Below, piece after piece: positions 22,721 to 24,000 of a stretch of DNA of 24,000 nucleotides. Each line of letters begins with the position of its first letter. Position 1 is the stretch's first letter. The notes beneath the pieces were generated by a model. The model worked only from the letters and a program-made list of their open reading frames with translations, had not been told where the DNA came from and searched no databases. A program made the translations under genes and the position numbers. The DNA is from Acidimicrobiales bacterium (GTDB lineage Bacteria > Actinomycetota > Acidimicrobiia > Acidimicrobiales > GCA-2861595), in NCBI GenBank assembly GCA_035525365.1, contig DATLEK010000067.1, forward strand, positions 14,750 to 38,749, written 5' to 3'.

Positions 22721-24000
22721 ATGCCCCGTGAGTCGGTGACCCGAGCGCTACAGCTTCCAGCCGAGGAGCGAGGGAAGGCGGTCGTCCAACTCACCGAGGA
22801 CCAGTGGTTCGACCGCAAGAGCGTGAGGCAGCAGCCGGCCGCTCTGGCGATCACGGAGATCGCACTGGCAAACGCCGAGGGAGGCACCATCGTGGTCGGC
22901 GTGTTCGACGGCACGATCGAGGGCACGGACGGCCTCGACCAGCACCGCAACGACCTGATGCAGGCGGCGATAGACCATGCAGACCCTCCGGTGCGAGCTC
23001 ATGCCCAGTTGGTGGACTGTCTCAATCAGAGAGGCGAGCCAGACCACCTTCTCGTAATCGAGGTCGAGCCGAGCGAAGTCGTCCACTCCACCCGCCGCGA
23101 TGAGTGCTACCTGCGCGTGGGCGACGAGAACCGCCGGTTGCGGTTCGGGCAACGTCAGGAGCTGGTCTTTGACAAGGGCCAGGCCCACTTCGACGGGTCA
23201 CCCATGGCGGCTGTCGGCCTCAACGACCTTGACGACCAAGCCCTTCACGAATACGTCCAAGTTCTCGGCGGGAGCGACATCGGGCGCACCCTTCGAGCGA
23301 GGCTGCTTCTCACTCGCAAGGGCGAGGTCACTGCCGGTGGCTACCTGCTGTTCGGCTCCCACCCGCAGGACGAGTTCCCCGAGGCATACGTGCGCGTGCT
23401 CCGCTTCGGTGGTGTGGAGCGGAGCACCGGTCGGCACCAGAACCTCACTGCTGACGTTCGTTGCGAGGGACCGATCCCGCGAATGATCGATTCGGCAGTC
23501 GAAGCGATCGAGCGGTATCAGCCATCCAGGAGGGTGCTGGGCCCGGGAGGGCGCTTCGTGCGAGAGGGGCTGATCCCGAAAGACGCGTGGCTCGAGGGGG
23601 TGGTCAATGCCGTGGTGCACCGCAGCTACAGCCTGGGAGGGGACCACATCCGGGTCGAGATCTACGACAACCGGATCGAAATTGAGAGTCCGGGCCGATT
23701 CCCCGGCGTTGTCGGCATAGAGGATCCCCGTGGCGTGGCCCGCTTCGCCCGCAACCCACGAGTGGCGCGGGTTTGTGCAGAACTCGACTTCGGCCAGGAG
23801 CTCGGGGAGGGGATCCGCAGGATGTTCGACGAGATGCGGACCGCTGGACTTGCTGATCCGGTGTACCAGCAACGGCCTGGCAGCGCGCGGCTGATCCTGG
23901 TGGCAACGGCGTTCAACGCAGATCTCGCAAGTCGGTTGCCCACCCGGTCCCGGGAGGTGATGGAGCTCATCCGGGGCACGGGAGGGGTGTCGACCGGCGA
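22721..24000 (+). CDS. AlbA_2 (Schlafen-like) plus HATPase_c_4 putative ATP-binding transcriptional regulator (COG2865-type); N-terminal 426 aa, 3' end beyond the window
   Basis: Absent from the track because it runs off the right edge. I translated it codon by codon from 22721 to 24000 and found no stop. The N-terminus QLTEDQWFDRKSV...AITEIALANAEGGTIVVGVFDGTIEG is AlbA_2-like. Later motifs are LEGVVNAVVHRSYSLGGDHIRVEIYDNRIEIESPGRFPG and RNPRVARVCAELDFGQELGEGIRRMFDEM. An alternative in-frame ATG at 22634 is less likely because the codons in between have A/T-rich third positions. Confidence 0.82.
   Translation, partial: MPRESVTRALQLPAEERGKAVVQLTEDQWFDRKSVRQQPAALAITEIALANAEGGTIVVGVFDGTIEGTDGLDQHRNDLMQAAIDHADPPVRAHAQLVDCLNQRGEPDHLLVIEVEPSEVVHSTRRDECYLRVGDENRRLRFGQRQELVFDKGQAHFDGSPMAAVGLNDLDDQALHEYVQVLGGSDIGRTLRARLLLTRKGEVTAGGYLLFGSHPQDEFPEAYVRVLRFGGVERSTGRHQNLTADVRCEGPIPRMIDSAVEAIERYQPSRRVLGPGGRFVREGLIPKDAWLEGVVNAVVHRSYSLGGDHIRVEIYDNRIEIESPGRFPGVVGIEDPRGVARFARNPRVARVCAELDFGQELGEGIRRMFDEMRTAGLADPVYQQRPGSARLILVATAFNADLASRLPTRSREVMELIRGTGGVSTG

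Overview
Very GC-rich, actinobacterial-type chromosomal window (two WhiB-family genes, a class E-like sortase, an LLM-type oxidoreductase). It is tightly packed with about 29 protein genes. I saw no rRNA, tRNA, CRISPR array, transposase or integrase.

Gene order, left to right:
- truncated multi-TM/HAMP sensor (-)
- PDZ-Lon (S16) protease (-)
- tail-anchored acidic/polyproline protein (+)
- small conserved-looking protein and sortase (-)
- HEAT-repeat gene, bioA, and an in-frame bioF-bioD ORF (+)
- bioB, mreB, a 69-aa membrane ORF and moaE (-, tightly chained)
- HtrA-type protease 1 and a DUF2342/zincin-like protein (+)
- MFS transporter (-)
- acidic tandem-repeat protein (+)
- 101-aa unknown and HtrA-type protease 2 (-)
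- WhiB-like 1 (+)
- tatA and LLM oxidoreductase (-)
- glutamate formimidoyltransferase (+)
- WhiB-like 2 (-)
- FNR-family flavin reductase (+)
- two-domain HTH protein (-)
- SRPBCC protein (+)
- truncated AlbA_2/Schlafen-type ATPase regulator (+)

Most of the long ORFs in the supplied track are antisense or off-frame shadows, as expected at this GC content. Two real genes are missing from the track because they run off the window edges: 1..1446 (-) and 22721..24000 (+).

I found no unambiguous novel multi-gene system; most of the window looks like core housekeeping and envelope-quality-control genes. The items most worth a second look are:
- the stop-less bioF-bioD junction
- the small membrane ORF translationally coupled to an orphan mreB
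- the tail-anchored polyproline protein
- the PIFDPEP repeat protein
- a perfect 18-bp palindrome in the whiB/flavin-reductase divergent promoter
- a zincin-like protein with no HExxH
- the A/T-richer right-hand block ending in the Schlafen-like gene, whose context is cut off by the window

All family assignments rest on motif recognition by eye; no searches were run.
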